Positions 1 through 9,145 of a DNA stretch of 57,433 nt are shown piece by piece. The position numbers and the translations under genes are program-made. The stretch comes from a virus (taxonomy: Duplodnaviria; Caudoviricetes), in the IMG/VR virus record IMGVR_UViG_3300007512_000043, positions 1-57,433 of that record. The stretch is one strand, 5' to 3'. A model generated the notes under the pieces. That model was given only the letters and a program-made list of their open reading frames with translations. It did no database searches and was not told where the DNA came from. The stretch's first letter is position 1, and every line of letters begins with the position of its first letter.

Positions 1-954
1 ATCAAAGATGATACTGATGCTGTCTATGTAGGTCTAGATGCTTCTGCTGATATAATGTCACTTGGCTTCAGTAATTCTTTCGCTTCTACAAATTTAAGCA
101 TAGATACAGTAGGTAAGGTCGGTATCGGGACTACTTCACCCGATGTTAGGCTTCAGGTTGAAGATAGTGCAGCGGGAAGCAATGTAGATGTTCTGCAATT
201 AACCAATACGAGCAATAGCGCAAACTCAAGTGTAGGTATGGAGTTTTTCTCCGCAAACGCACAGTTCGCCTATATTAGAGGAATAAGAACATCCGACTCA
301 AACGAAGGGATATTAACTTTAGGGGTTAGAAGCGGGGGTTCGGAAACTGATACCTTAAATTTAAAAGGCGGCAATGTCGGCATTGGGACTTCTGCCCCCG
401 GTTCATACAAGCTGTATGTAAATGGGAATACTTGGGTGCAGGGTTCCCTTGAAACCTCTGGGCAACTTAAAGCGGGAACAAGTCTGGCGATTGGCTCGTC
501 GGGTTCCGGGGGCTACACCCTGCCAGCTACAGACGGAACCAACGGCTACGTCCTCAAGACAAACGGAAGCGGAACGGTAACTTGGCAAGCTGACAGCAGC
601 GGCGGCGGTGGTGGTAGCGGGGATATAACGAGTGTCATTGGTGGTACTGGAATCAGCGTATCTGGTGGAACCAGCGGCGATGCGACAGTTAATTTGGATA
701 CGGCTGGGGCTGATTCAATGGTGAATGCTCTTGTAGAGTTGACCACCCCGCATGAAGATGATTTTATAATAGTATCGGACGAGGGAACCAGCGGCGACCC
801 GGTTAAAAAATGTAAGCTAAAGCATCTTGAGTTCGTCAACAATACAACTTACTCCAGTAGCGGATGTGGTTTCACTATTACCTACCGGGACTGGGATAAC
901 CAAACATTGGATACGGTGTCCATAACATTAAGTTGCGGCGGAGGGGGAAGCTAA
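1..954 (+). CDS. Tail fibre / receptor-binding protein, C-terminal part (5' truncated by the window edge)
   Basis: Frame is open from base 1. Repeated G(K/N)VGIGT(T/S)(S/A)P motifs, 'LPATDGTNGYVLKTNGSGTVTW' and 'GDITSVIGGTGISVSGG' segments are typical of phage fibre proteins. Confidence 0.75.
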   Translation: MKDDTDAVYVGLDASADIMSLGFSNSFASTNLSIDTVGKVGIGTTSPDVRLQVEDSAAGSNVDVLQLTNTSNSANSSVGMEFFSANAQFAYIRGIRTSDSNEGILTLGVRSGGSETDTLNLKGGNVGIGTSAPGSYKLYVNGNTWVQGSLETSGQLKAGTSLAIGSSGSGGYTLPATDGTNGYVLKTNGSGTVTWQADSSGGGGGSGDITSVIGGTGISVSGGTSGDATVNLDTAGADSMVNALVELTTPHEDDFIIVSDEGTSGDPVKKCKLKHLEFVNNTTYSSSGCGFTITYRDWDNQTLDTVSITLSCGGGGS

Positions 955-1368
955 ATGGTAATTGTAAATTCTAGCAAAGATAAACTGATACCTCTTCGGG
1001 ATTCACTACTAGCCGAGGTTGAGGCTAACGAAGATTGGGCGTTGCTCAATAGTGCAGGAGCCTTGCCCCCTAACTTGGAATACCATTCAATGCAGTTTGA
1101 GAAAACCAACGACAGCATAACGGTGGATGACGCGGAAGGGGTGGTTTCTGTTTACATCAAGCACAAGGTTATTGGTGGCGACATAGAGGTTGGGAAGGTT
1201 GTTAAGTTTGCGCTTGGCGATGAATTACCAGCAGACAAGACCCTTTGGGCTGAAGGGCAAGAGGATGATCTTTACGCGGATGCTTGGGAGGTGTCTGGAT
1301 ATGCCGAGCAACAGGAGTTAATCGCAAAAGTAGATCGTTTAATTAAAATCAAAGATGCCATCTCCTGA
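955..1368 (+). CDS. Hypothetical protein (fibre-associated)
   Basis: ATG directly follows the upstream TAA; 137 aa, acidic. Confidence 0.6.
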   Translation: MVIVNSSKDKLIPLRDSLLAEVEANEDWALLNSAGALPPNLEYHSMQFEKTNDSITVDDAEGVVSVYIKHKVIGGDIEVGKVVKFALGDELPADKTLWAEGQEDDLYADAWEVSGYAEQQELIAKVDRLIKIKDAIS

Positions 1369-1675
1369 TATAACATATGAATGGGTGCAGCGACGGCCAG
1401 CATTGGACTGCGAAGAAGATTGTGTTTGTCAATGGCTGTTCCACTTGCGGGCGACAAAAGGTGAGGCGGCTTCTTACGTTAGTGAGACTGTCCAGATAAC
1501 CGGGGAACATAAGCCTATAGGCGACTATACTGCTGACGAAATAGAGAAGATGGCAGAGGCGTACCGCAGGATTAACAAGTGGGACGCTATGCTGGCTGCT
1601 GACATTGAGGAACAGCTAAACGCGCCACGAAGTGTGGACGGCTGGAACGAGGAGACTTTAAGTGTTGATACCTAA
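1355..1675 (+). CDS. Hypothetical protein, apparent paralogue of 3113-3547
   Basis: Overlaps neighbours in operon fashion and shares a motif pattern with 3113-3547. Confidence 0.6.
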   Translation: MPSPDITYEWVQRRPALDCEEDCVCQWLFHLRATKGEAASYVSETVQITGEHKPIGDYTADEIEKMAEAYRRINKWDAMLAADIEEQLNAPRSVDGWNEETLSVDT

Positions 1676-2333
1676 AATCATACATCAAGTTTGGGGTGGG
1701 CCTATGCTGCCGGGGATACAGGAGTGTCTGGATTCGGTGAAGAGGGTTATGCCTGACTACGATGTTAGGGTGTATGATGGTAAAGAGGTGGACAGGATCG
1801 CCCCAGATGGAATGACGCTGGTCGGAAAGACGGATGTTGTCCGCAACAAGAAGCTCTACGAGGAGGGCGGCTGGTGGGTGGACGCTGACTGTTACATGAT
1901 GAAGCCACTCAACGGTGATTGCGCCTACAGCTACGGGCTACAGGAACAGCGAGACGGATGCTGGAATCAGGTTTGTGATTGGTTGTTCGGGTCGGAAGCT
2001 GGGAACCCAGATCAGAAGCGGTGTCTTGATTGGATTAACAGTAGCCAGCTTGTGAACACCTACGATGGTTACATGAGGCGACCAAGGAGGCATTGCCCAA
2101 GGTCGGGGTGGGGGATTGATACTGTTGGAGCAAAGGGGTTTCTCCCTTACAACGAATATGGCTCCAGATACTTTGCTAAAAACTATGGGAACAAGTGGCA
2201 TCATTTTCCGGGCCGAAGCCCACAGAGAAGGAAGCCAACCAACCCAACGGCGGTACATTTGTTTTTAGGTAGCTGGGTTAAATCAGCAACGGGGGTGTTG
2301 AGCGAGGTAAGGGAGGTTGAAAGATGGAGGTAA
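1662..2333 (+). CDS. Glycosyltransferase, DXD-motif (GT32/OCH1-like sugar-binding family)
   Basis: N-terminal IPKIIHQVW, then 'KTDVVR..LYEEGGWWVDAD' with DxD, and C-terminal 'AVHLFLGSW'. Confidence 0.85.
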   Translation: MLIPKIIHQVWGGPMLPGIQECLDSVKRVMPDYDVRVYDGKEVDRIAPDGMTLVGKTDVVRNKKLYEEGGWWVDADCYMMKPLNGDCAYSYGLQEQRDGCWNQVCDWLFGSEAGNPDQKRCLDWINSSQLVNTYDGYMRRPRRHCPRSGWGIDTVGAKGFLPYNEYGSRYFAKNYGNKWHHFPGRSPQRRKPTNPTAVHLFLGSWVKSATGVLSEVREVERWR

Positions 2334-2788
2334 CAAATTTAGTACAACAACTAGGGGGTCAAGAGGCGGCTGAGTCGCTGGCCAAAGGGCTAATCGGGGA
2401 ATACGGCTGGGTAGCCCTAGCTGCATTGGTGGCTATATTGGCAAAGGATGTGGTGATTAAATTCGCTCAATCAATACTGGTCTTCTTCGGCCACGGCTTT
2501 GAGAACGACGAGATCATCTATATCAGCGGCAGACAGGCCAGAATAATCCGTAAAGGCGTGACTTCAACCACCTTTTACATGAGCGACAGGCGAACCAAGA
2601 TGGTTGTCCCGAATGAAAAATTGTCAGACTTAACGGTGGAAAAGATGCTGCCGCATAACGGTGGCGACCCTTATTTGTCCAAGGGAAGCGACCCTGACTT
2701 TGTGGGTTACGAGGAAGTGCCAATAGTGCCGCCGCCAATGAAGGTTCAGGTGGTAGACAAGAAGCCAGCACCAAGGAGAAAACGATGA
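2324..2788 (+). CDS. Membrane protein with MscS-like beta domain
   Basis: One hydrophobic helix followed by 'FENDEIIYISGRQARIIRKGVTSTTFY...MVVPNEKL', resembling the MscS middle-domain pattern. Confidence 0.55.
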   Translation: MEVTNLVQQLGGQEAAESLAKGLIGEYGWVALAALVAILAKDVVIKFAQSILVFFGHGFENDEIIYISGRQARIIRKGVTSTTFYMSDRRTKMVVPNEKLSDLTVEKMLPHNGGDPYLSKGSDPDFVGYEEVPIVPPPMKVQVVDKKPAPRRKR

Positions 2789-3108
2789 GTTACCACAACT
2801 ACGACCCAGATGCGATGTTTCCAAGGAAGGCGAAGCCCCCTCGGTTCTGGACAGGAGAGAGGATTGCTAGGTGGGCGATTATCATTGGGCTGTCTGCTTT
2901 TGCTGTATTCGTGGGGGCAGGGTGTGGTTCCGTTAGGAACATAAAGGAAGTGGATTTCGGGATTACGGGCTTGGAGATGGAGTTTTACCCAAGCCATCCC
3001 TCTCAAGAGGAGAAAAGTATATTTGATTTCAGCACGCTAACGAATAGAGTTCGGGCGGTTCCAGTAGACTGGGATGGCCCTGTGCTGATGCCAATGAGAA
3101 GGAAATAA
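2785..3108 (+). CDS. Putative lipoprotein / membrane protein
   Basis: Hydrophobic stretch ending in VGAGC (lipobox-like); ATGA overlap with the upstream gene. Confidence 0.55.
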   Translation: MSYHNYDPDAMFPRKAKPPRFWTGERIARWAIIIGLSAFAVFVGAGCGSVRNIKEVDFGITGLEMEFYPSHPSQEEKSIFDFSTLTNRVRAVPVDWDGPVLMPMRRK

Positions 3109-3112
3109 TATT

Positions 3113-3547
3113 ATGGCTAATACATACAAATGCGTGAGGCTTGAGCCTCAATGTCACCACGCTGGCCACGCCGAAGGCGGCAAGGTTTGTAGTGTGGTAA
3201 TCGGCCTTACCGCTGAAGATGGTGAGGGTAATTCTGCTTATATTGATGGCACATACCAGTACCCGGAGGGCAAGTGTGTGGCCGTATCCACGTTCAAGTC
3301 CAATGCCAACAAGATCGTGAGCCAGTTTGCGGCAGACAACGGCTGGGTGGCGAGTCTGGACAGCCAGATAGAATCCCAGAAGGTAAGACCTGTTTCGCCC
3401 GACGACTTCTCTCCTCCAGAGATCACGGTGGATACCACGGTAGAGCCAGCGGAGGGTAGCCCTGCTGCTCCGAAGCCAGAACCTGAGCCTGAACCTGAGC
3501 CTGAACCTGAGCCAGCGGATGACGGAGAGGAAGAGGGGGGCGGATAG
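3113..3547 (+). CDS. Hypothetical protein with PE-repeat acidic tail
   Basis: 144-aa ORF with KPEPEPEPEPEPEP low-complexity C-terminus. Confidence 0.65.
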   Translation: MANTYKCVRLEPQCHHAGHAEGGKVCSVVIGLTAEDGEGNSAYIDGTYQYPEGKCVAVSTFKSNANKIVSQFAADNGWVASLDSQIESQKVRPVSPDDFSPPEITVDTTVEPAEGSPAAPKPEPEPEPEPEPEPADDGEEEGGG

Positions 3548-3643
3548 CCCTTGTCTTGGAGGAAGCACAGGCCGAAACCCAAGAAACGGAGGCGAAACAA
3601 GGGTTGTCATAAACCACACTTTATTGATAGAGTAACCCCGCTT

Positions 3644-3853
3644 ATGGCTGATCAGAATAAGGAGCAGATACAAACTGCTACCCAAATCCTAGTAAACGCA
3701 GCATCTCAGGCACGTTTGACTGCTGCTGAACACGACCAAGTGCGCCAAGCCACACAGATTGTGGCTACTGAACTTGGGTTGACGGGGCCGGGGGCTGCGC
3801 CTCCACCTGACATTGTTATGCCTGAACCCGCCGTGGAGGAAAAGCCAGAATAA
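3644..3853 (+). CDS. Hypothetical protein (start re-assigned to MADQNK)
   Basis: ATG at 3644 in the GCTTATGGC context shared with other genes; the upstream extension in the ORF track starts at TTG. Confidence 0.55.
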   Translation: MADQNKEQIQTATQILVNAASQARLTAAEHDQVRQATQIVATELGLTGPGAAPPPDIVMPEPAVEEKPE

Positions 3854-3859
3854 TGCTGA

Positions 3860-4015
3860 ATGAGTTGGCTAGACGACATCAAGGTGGTTTTTGCTTCATC
3901 CGCTGGTATAGGAAACTGGTGGATGGAGATTGATATTATCCTGAAACTAGCCATAAGTGCAGCCACATTGTTCTACATAATCCTCAAATGCCGTCACTTA
4001 TTGAAGCAAAAGTAA
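3860..4015 (+). CDS. Small membrane protein, holin-like (51 aa; not in ORF track)
   Basis: MSWLDDIKVVFASSAGIGNWWMEIDIILKLAISAATLFYIILKCRHLLKQK: hydrophobic helix with basic C-terminus; fills the gap between genes. Confidence 0.55.
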   Translation: MSWLDDIKVVFASSAGIGNWWMEIDIILKLAISAATLFYIILKCRHLLKQK

Positions 4016-4019
4016 AACT

Positions 4020-4355
4020 ATGAAACGTATCCTAATTATTGGGGCGTTGCTGCTGTTTGCGGCGAACGCCAACGCGGGTGGTCTTTTCAGCGCAGGCTGG
4101 AAGCCAGCCCCAAATCTAACCCTGTTTGGCCAGAAGGTAACTTGGGCCATTCCGAGCCTCTGCATAGGGGCCAAAGCTGGGGTTCTCCCTGATGCCGGGA
4201 TCAACTCGGACGGGATGAACCTGAAGATTCCTTACCTTGCGGTAAGTATTCCGTTCCCCAGCCTTACCGTTTCAGTGGGCAAGGATAAGCCCAAGGTTGA
4301 GCTAAAGCTGGGTGCGGTGGATAAAACGGAACATAAACCAAAGGGGGGTGAATAA
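4020..4355 (+). CDS. Secreted/exported protein with signal peptide
   Basis: MKRILIIGALLLFAANANA is a classic signal peptide with an A-x-A site. Confidence 0.65.
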   Translation: MKRILIIGALLLFAANANAGGLFSAGWKPAPNLTLFGQKVTWAIPSLCIGAKAGVLPDAGINSDGMNLKIPYLAVSIPFPSLTVSVGKDKPKVELKLGAVDKTEHKPKGGE

Positions 4356-4523
4356 ATGCTTAAATCAAAAACGACTTGGACTGCAATAACGGGCGCAATT
4401 GCTGGAATCGCCGGGTATTTTACCGGGGAACTGGAGCTAGGCGCTGCTGCTAATGTGGTAATCACAAGCTTGCTGGCCCTGTTCTTGAGGCACGGAATCA
4501 AGAAGGTCGAGAACGGAGGGTAA
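4356..4523 (+). CDS. Putative holin (55 aa, two TM helices; not in ORF track)
   Basis: MLKSKTTWTAITGAIAGIAGYFTGELELGAAANVVITSLLALFLRHGIKKVENGG; ATG directly follows the upstream TAA. Confidence 0.6.
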   Translation: MLKSKTTWTAITGAIAGIAGYFTGELELGAAANVVITSLLALFLRHGIKKVENGG

Positions 4524-4546
4524 TACCCCCAGATCGCTCTACAGGT

Positions 4547-4900
4547 ATGTCTATTATTAGACTGATAGCAGGGCTTCTCAAGGCCGTCCCAGTTTTGGGG
4601 CGGCTTTTTTCGAGACTCGCTGATGAGAAGAAGGAGCAGAAAGCACAAAAGAGATATGAGGAAAAACTGGATTTTATTGACAATGCTGTTGATAAGTATC
4701 GTCGGGCCGGGGTGCGTGACGGGGATGAAGCTAAACAACGTGAAGGAACTGACGGAGCACCCGCAGTTCCCAAGCGCCGCTCACGCCGCACCAGAGTGGA
4801 CGGAGGCAGCCCTAAGAAAAGTAGCAGAACTGGAGTATCACCTAGAAAGAAGGTGAAAACTTCAAAGCGGAAGCGCCGTAAGCCCAAGTCTTCCGGCTGA
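4547..4900 (+). CDS. Putative inner-membrane spanin-like protein (Rz-like)
   Basis: N-terminal hydrophobic/amphipathic segment, then a charged helical region; contains an out-of-frame lipoprotein ORF. Confidence 0.4.
   Translation: MSIIRLIAGLLKAVPVLGRLFSRLADEKKEQKAQKRYEEKLDFIDNAVDKYRRAGVRDGDEAKQREGTDGAPAVPKRRSRRTRVDGGSPKKSSRTGVSPRKKVKTSKRKRRKPKSSG
4656..4856 (+). CDS. Putative outer-membrane spanin-like lipoprotein (Rz1-like), embedded in 4547-4900
   Basis: MRKNWILLTMLLISIVGPGC: basic N-terminus, hydrophobic core and Cys (imperfect lipobox); different frame inside the Rz-like ORF. Confidence 0.45.
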   Translation: MRKNWILLTMLLISIVGPGCVTGMKLNNVKELTEHPQFPSAAHAAPEWTEAALRKVAELEYHLERR

Positions 4901-6334
4901 AGGGCTGTCTGAAATTTCTAGGTCTGAGGCCATTTCCCCTATAAGCGCATAGCTAAGGGAGTCAAAGCTATGCTTGTTGTCATCGTTAATCACATACTGC
5001 CCGGCACTTTTCCCCCTTCGAAGGAACCTAAGCATATCAATTGTCCTGAAGCAGTGGGCGCTAATGTGAAACCTGTTCTGCATTAACAGGTCCTTTATCA
5101 GCTTCACCCTCTGCCTTACAGAGCCTGAGAACTTTGGTGCCCCGATGAGGTTAATTTTACCACCACTGGATGCAGCAACAACCCTGTGGTCATAGGTATT
5201 ACCGGCGGCTCGGTACCTGACCATTGATGACATGTCCGACCAATGTGTCCACCTTATTGGTTTTCCTACCTGTTCCTCCAGAATCTCAATCTTATCAAGC
5301 GCCTCCCCGGTGAAGTCCTCAAGGGAGACATCTGCATGAAGCACGACGAGTTCATCGAGGACTGCCCACCTTGTGCCGCTCATTGTTTGAACCTTTTCCA
5401 TTATATGGAATGCGTGGTTTCTGTCTCCCAAGTCCCATCCTCCTATTAGTTCAGTACAGCTTTCGGAGGGCAAAATTACCTCCCATTCGCTTTCAACGGG
5501 TGATTCAGCATCACCGATGACGTGGGTTTCGTACTTAAAAACCTTGCCGAAATGGGAGTCTGTCGATGATGCGGTCCATTTTCCCAGCACATATCTGTCA
5601 TAAAGCTCAGGGTCTGGCCTGAATGTGGCAATCAAATCCTTCCTGTCGTAGTCGGATAGGTACGGGTTGTCATGTATCATTGCCTCTATGATCTGGAATT
5701 GCTCAGCGTATTCAGGGTCGGGATGGTCTTCCTTGAATGGCTCATCGTACCAAAGCTTGTAAATCCAGCTACTCGTTCCCTCTTCCGCAGGGTTAGTGTC
5801 CCCGATCCACTGATGCCTGTGGTAATCCAGCCCGGGCAGTCGAAGCTGCCCCTTGCTGATCGAGAAAACGCAGCTATCTTTGAAGTTTGATAGCTCGGAA
5901 AAGAAGATCATACTGAATCTAGTGCCCTTTATCTTCTCCTCAATATCATGATCTACGTCCAAGGAATGCAGTTGTATCTCGGTTTCCCCGTCGTGCATAT
6001 TCCTGATTTTCATGTAGTTCATCTTGGTCACACCGTCCACCTTTGGCCTTACGGTGACTTCAAACCCGTCCAGATTCTCCTCCCACTCAGGCACGATAAG
6101 GTCTGTTAGGTCTGACCAAACGCCTGATTTAGCGTTCCTAATGGTCTTCGTGAAGATTCCCACCCTTCCGCTTTTGGTTTCCCAGCAGTGCCGGACGAGC
6201 CTGTGCAATACTCCGATAGTCTTACTGGAGTATCTTGGGCCTGTCACCAGCAGGTAACGCTTATTGCAGTTGAATATCTCAAGCTGCTTTGGGCTGATTG
6301 AGGGGTACCAGCTCCCACTAGCATCTAGCGGCAT
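4862..6334 (-). CDS. terL: Terminase large subunit
   Basis: Q motif (ISPKQLEIF), Walker A-like GPRYSSKT, Walker B-like MIFFSE, GDTNP motif, 'DNPYL..Y', 'RYVLGKW', nuclease GGWDLG and C-terminal 'HSFDSLSY'. Confidence 0.88.
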   Translation of the reverse strand: MPLDASGSWYPSISPKQLEIFNCNKRYLLVTGPRYSSKTIGVLHRLVRHCWETKSGRVGIFTKTIRNAKSGVWSDLTDLIVPEWEENLDGFEVTVRPKVDGVTKMNYMKIRNMHDGETEIQLHSLDVDHDIEEKIKGTRFSMIFFSELSNFKDSCVFSISKGQLRLPGLDYHRHQWIGDTNPAEEGTSSWIYKLWYDEPFKEDHPDPEYAEQFQIIEAMIHDNPYLSDYDRKDLIATFRPDPELYDRYVLGKWTASSTDSHFGKVFKYETHVIGDAESPVESEWEVILPSESCTELIGGWDLGDRNHAFHIMEKVQTMSGTRWAVLDELVVLHADVSLEDFTGEALDKIEILEEQVGKPIRWTHWSDMSSMVRYRAAGNTYDHRVVAASSGGKINLIGAPKFSGSVRQRVKLIKDLLMQNRFHISAHCFRTIDMLRFLRRGKSAGQYVINDDNKHSFDSLSYALIGEMASDLEISDSPSAGRLGLTALPL

Positions 6335-6366
6335 ACTTGTGGTATTTTAACCAGACAGGTGCGCTT
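6335..6366. promoter_or_regulatory. Compact divergent promoter region between terL and the portal operon
   Basis: Only 32 bp separate the divergent ATGs. TAAAAT lies on the minus strand (6344-6349) 9 nt before the terL ATG, overlapping TGGTATTTT on the plus strand. Confidence 0.4.
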
Positions 6367-6615
6367 ATGGCAAACGAGATAAGTATAGATTTAAGCGACC
6401 CGGCTATGGCTGAAGCACTGGCTGACTGCAATCCGGGCGATACTCACACCATTACGATGGATGTCACTGTAACCGAAAAGGCGACCGAGCTCACTGGTGT
6501 GGTTGACCCAGTTAGCGTTGAGAAGTACGGTGCCGAGGAAGAGGAGGTATATGAGGAAGCCCCGCCAGCCCCAGTTGAAGGTGCCCCGCCAGCCCCAGTT
6601 GCTGCGGTAATGTGA
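6367..6615 (+). CDS. Hypothetical acidic protein
   Basis: ATG at 6367 (MANEIS...); C-terminal E/P-rich repeat APPAPV x2. Confidence 0.6.
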   Translation: MANEISIDLSDPAMAEALADCNPGDTHTITMDVTVTEKATELTGVVDPVSVEKYGAEEEEVYEEAPPAPVEGAPPAPVAAVM

Positions 6616-6866
6616 TGCCAAAGCATAAGCCTGAAATTACATACAACTCAGACGGCACGGTCAATGTGGTTCTGAAGTTCTATCGATTGAAGCCACACCG
6701 TGGAAGGGCCTTCAGAAGCGTTTCATACCACGATGCTGTTATGAAATCAGATGACATGAATGCCTATGTTAAGATATGGAGGAGGATGCCTAGGGAAAGA
6801 ATTAGGAAGGTCATGGTACAATATGCAAAGAATCGAATGATTCAAAACAGCCCAGTGATAATATGA
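6612..6866 (+). CDS. Hypothetical basic protein
   Basis: Coupled to both neighbours by 4-nt overlaps. Confidence 0.5.
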   Translation: MMPKHKPEITYNSDGTVNVVLKFYRLKPHRGRAFRSVSYHDAVMKSDDMNAYVKIWRRMPRERIRKVMVQYAKNRMIQNSPVII

Positions 6867-9145
6867 TTGATTTAAATGTATTAAATAGACGCGGTGTCAA
6901 CACGGACAAGCTTAAGTCTGCTTTTGGTCGCGGCGAAACCGTGATCCCTAAGAAAGCAAAGCCCCTCTTGGATGGGATTAGGGCCAGAATTGATGACGGC
7001 CTTCAATGGTGCATCAAGAACCATAAGATTTATCACGCCCTTGATCTGGCTTGGGACACCCCGTTCAAGCAGGTTAGCTCGACACTGGCCCACTCGCTGG
7101 TGACTAAGGACTTGGACAACGAGACGGTTCAGAATGCTGCCAGAGACTGGGGCCTGACAGGAATGCTGGACTCATTCACTGATGCAAAAGGAACGAAGCA
7201 GAGTCTAAACCTCCCGATATTTTTCAATGTATTCGTTCCGATAGTTAGGGCATATGTCACCATAAGGTGGGCTAGGATTTACAATGACAGGAGGCAATAC
7301 CCGCTATTCAAGTACGAGATGGCGCAGAACACAACCACCAACAAGCTTCGCTCCGATATAATTACCGACAGGATACAGGCTATGGCCAATCAGTATGGCT
7401 ATTCCGAAACCCTAAAGCAGGGAATTTTTCAAATGTTGCACTACGGCTCATGTTTCCAGTTTCCTCAGGAAGAGTGGCATTCTGAGAAACAGGTGGTCAC
7501 CAACTCGGCTGGCGCTGAAGAAGAGAAGTATGTGAAGGAGGGGCTTAGGTACCACCTTCCGCATCCTTCGCGAGTTTTCTACGACCAAGCCCACAGGACA
7601 ACGACGTTTAATAGCGATAGTGGCTGTAGCTTTGCTGGGTACTGGAGGATAATGAGGTATGGGGATATACGCAGAAATGATAAGTTCTGGAATGCCGACA
7701 AGATAAGGTATGGTAGGACCACAGACCTGCTTGCCGGAGCAAAAACCTATCTTGAATTGGTGTCGCCGTGTACGATGGAGTTCCCAAGGTCAGGGAATGC
7801 TTTTGGCATGCTTGACCGAGAGGAGGAGATAGACAGAGCTTACAATAAGGCAGATGATGACAAGGCTGTACTCATTACTGAATACTTTGAAAAGATTGTC
7901 CCAAGTGAGTATGGCCTTGGTGATTATGATCATCCTGTATGGTTTCGTTTTTGTTTGGCTAATGATGATACTGTCCTTTACGCTGCTCCATTACCTTACT
8001 GTCCAGTTGTATACTATGCTTACGACCCGCATGAAGGGCGCTCGATAAACGCCAGTCTTAGCTTGGAGGTTGTCCCGTTTCAGGACCAGATTGGGAACCT
8101 TTTATCCCAGTACTTGTTGTCAGTTAAGCAGAACTTGGCAAATATTACGTTTGTTGACACCGACCAAGTGTCTCAAACTGTAATTGAAAAGCTACAGAAC
8201 TGGGGCGAAAAAATATTTCGAGGCTTGAATTTCATGCCGTTTAGCTCCAGACAGAACAAGTTTGCCCAGTCAGATGTACGGGAGGCGTTTAACTCGGTCA
8301 GGTTTTCCACACTCGACACGAACGGGATCGTTGGTGCGATGCGGCAGGTCATTGATATGCTTGAAAGGCTCCTCGTTATTTCGGCTCAGGAGATTGCACA
8401 GACGGCCAGCCACGAGCAGACGGCAGAGGAGGTTAGAACCATTTCGTCAACCACCACAACCCGCCTTGCCTTCACTGCCACAGGGGCAGATGATGCGATT
8501 AATGCGTGGAAAGAGCAGCTTTACAGGGGGCTTATGGCTTATGGCGAAGATGAGGTTTATGCGAATATTAACTCGCAATACACGGTTGACACGCTTCATG
8601 GGCTTGGGTTCTCGGTTACTGAGAAGGACGAGGATCGCTCTGGCTCTGTTAAGGTACGAGGACAGAAGAGCGCACTTAGCCTTGAAAATGTTGGCTCTTA
8701 CAGGGATACTTTGGACCGTGTTTCTGATAACGCAATGGCTGCTGCGCTGACTCAGCTTTACACGATTGTGGCCCAAGACCCTGAAATCCGACAGAGCGTT
8801 GGCTTGGATCAAGTCCTTGGGGTTATTAACGAGATTGGCCAAATGCTTGGCTTGCCTAGAGACTTCAAGCTTCAGAAGATTAATGAAGCTGGTGGCCCAG
8901 ACCAGCAGGCAGATCAGATGGCTGCCGTGGCTGAGGAGATCAAGGGGGCAATATTGCAAGAAGTTGGAGATGCCATTGAGCCTATAGCCAAGGGCACTCA
9001 GGAAAACGCGAATGCAATTGATCAGATAGTTCAACTGATGAAATCGGGGCCTGTTCCACCCCAAGAAACACAGTATGATAACACTGTCCCATCACCCGCC
9101 GGAATCCCAGCGGGTGCTGGAAATCCAGAATTGGCTCAGGTCTAA
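6863..9145 (+). CDS. Portal protein (putative)
   Basis: 760 aa, first large gene of the head module and next to terL; 'TAEEVR' motif and helical C-terminus resemble podovirus portals. Confidence 0.7.
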   Translation: MIDLNVLNRRGVNTDKLKSAFGRGETVIPKKAKPLLDGIRARIDDGLQWCIKNHKIYHALDLAWDTPFKQVSSTLAHSLVTKDLDNETVQNAARDWGLTGMLDSFTDAKGTKQSLNLPIFFNVFVPIVRAYVTIRWARIYNDRRQYPLFKYEMAQNTTTNKLRSDIITDRIQAMANQYGYSETLKQGIFQMLHYGSCFQFPQEEWHSEKQVVTNSAGAEEEKYVKEGLRYHLPHPSRVFYDQAHRTTTFNSDSGCSFAGYWRIMRYGDIRRNDKFWNADKIRYGRTTDLLAGAKTYLELVSPCTMEFPRSGNAFGMLDREEEIDRAYNKADDDKAVLITEYFEKIVPSEYGLGDYDHPVWFRFCLANDDTVLYAAPLPYCPVVYYAYDPHEGRSINASLSLEVVPFQDQIGNLLSQYLLSVKQNLANITFVDTDQVSQTVIEKLQNWGEKIFRGLNFMPFSSRQNKFAQSDVREAFNSVRFSTLDTNGIVGAMRQVIDMLERLLVISAQEIAQTASHEQTAEEVRTISSTTTTRLAFTATGADDAINAWKEQLYRGLMAYGEDEVYANINSQYTVDTLHGLGFSVTEKDEDRSGSVKVRGQKSALSLENVGSYRDTLDRVSDNAMAAALTQLYTIVAQDPEIRQSVGLDQVLGVINEIGQMLGLPRDFKLQKINEAGGPDQQADQMAAVAEEIKGAILQEVGDAIEPIAKGTQENANAIDQIVQLMKSGPVPPQETQYDNTVPSPAGIPAGAGNPELAQV

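Noticed and set aside
3470-3515. Periodic CCTGAG/CCTGAA repeats (also near 9640-9700, 31050-31125 and 47000)
   Set aside because: Pro-Glu/Pro-Ala coding linkers.
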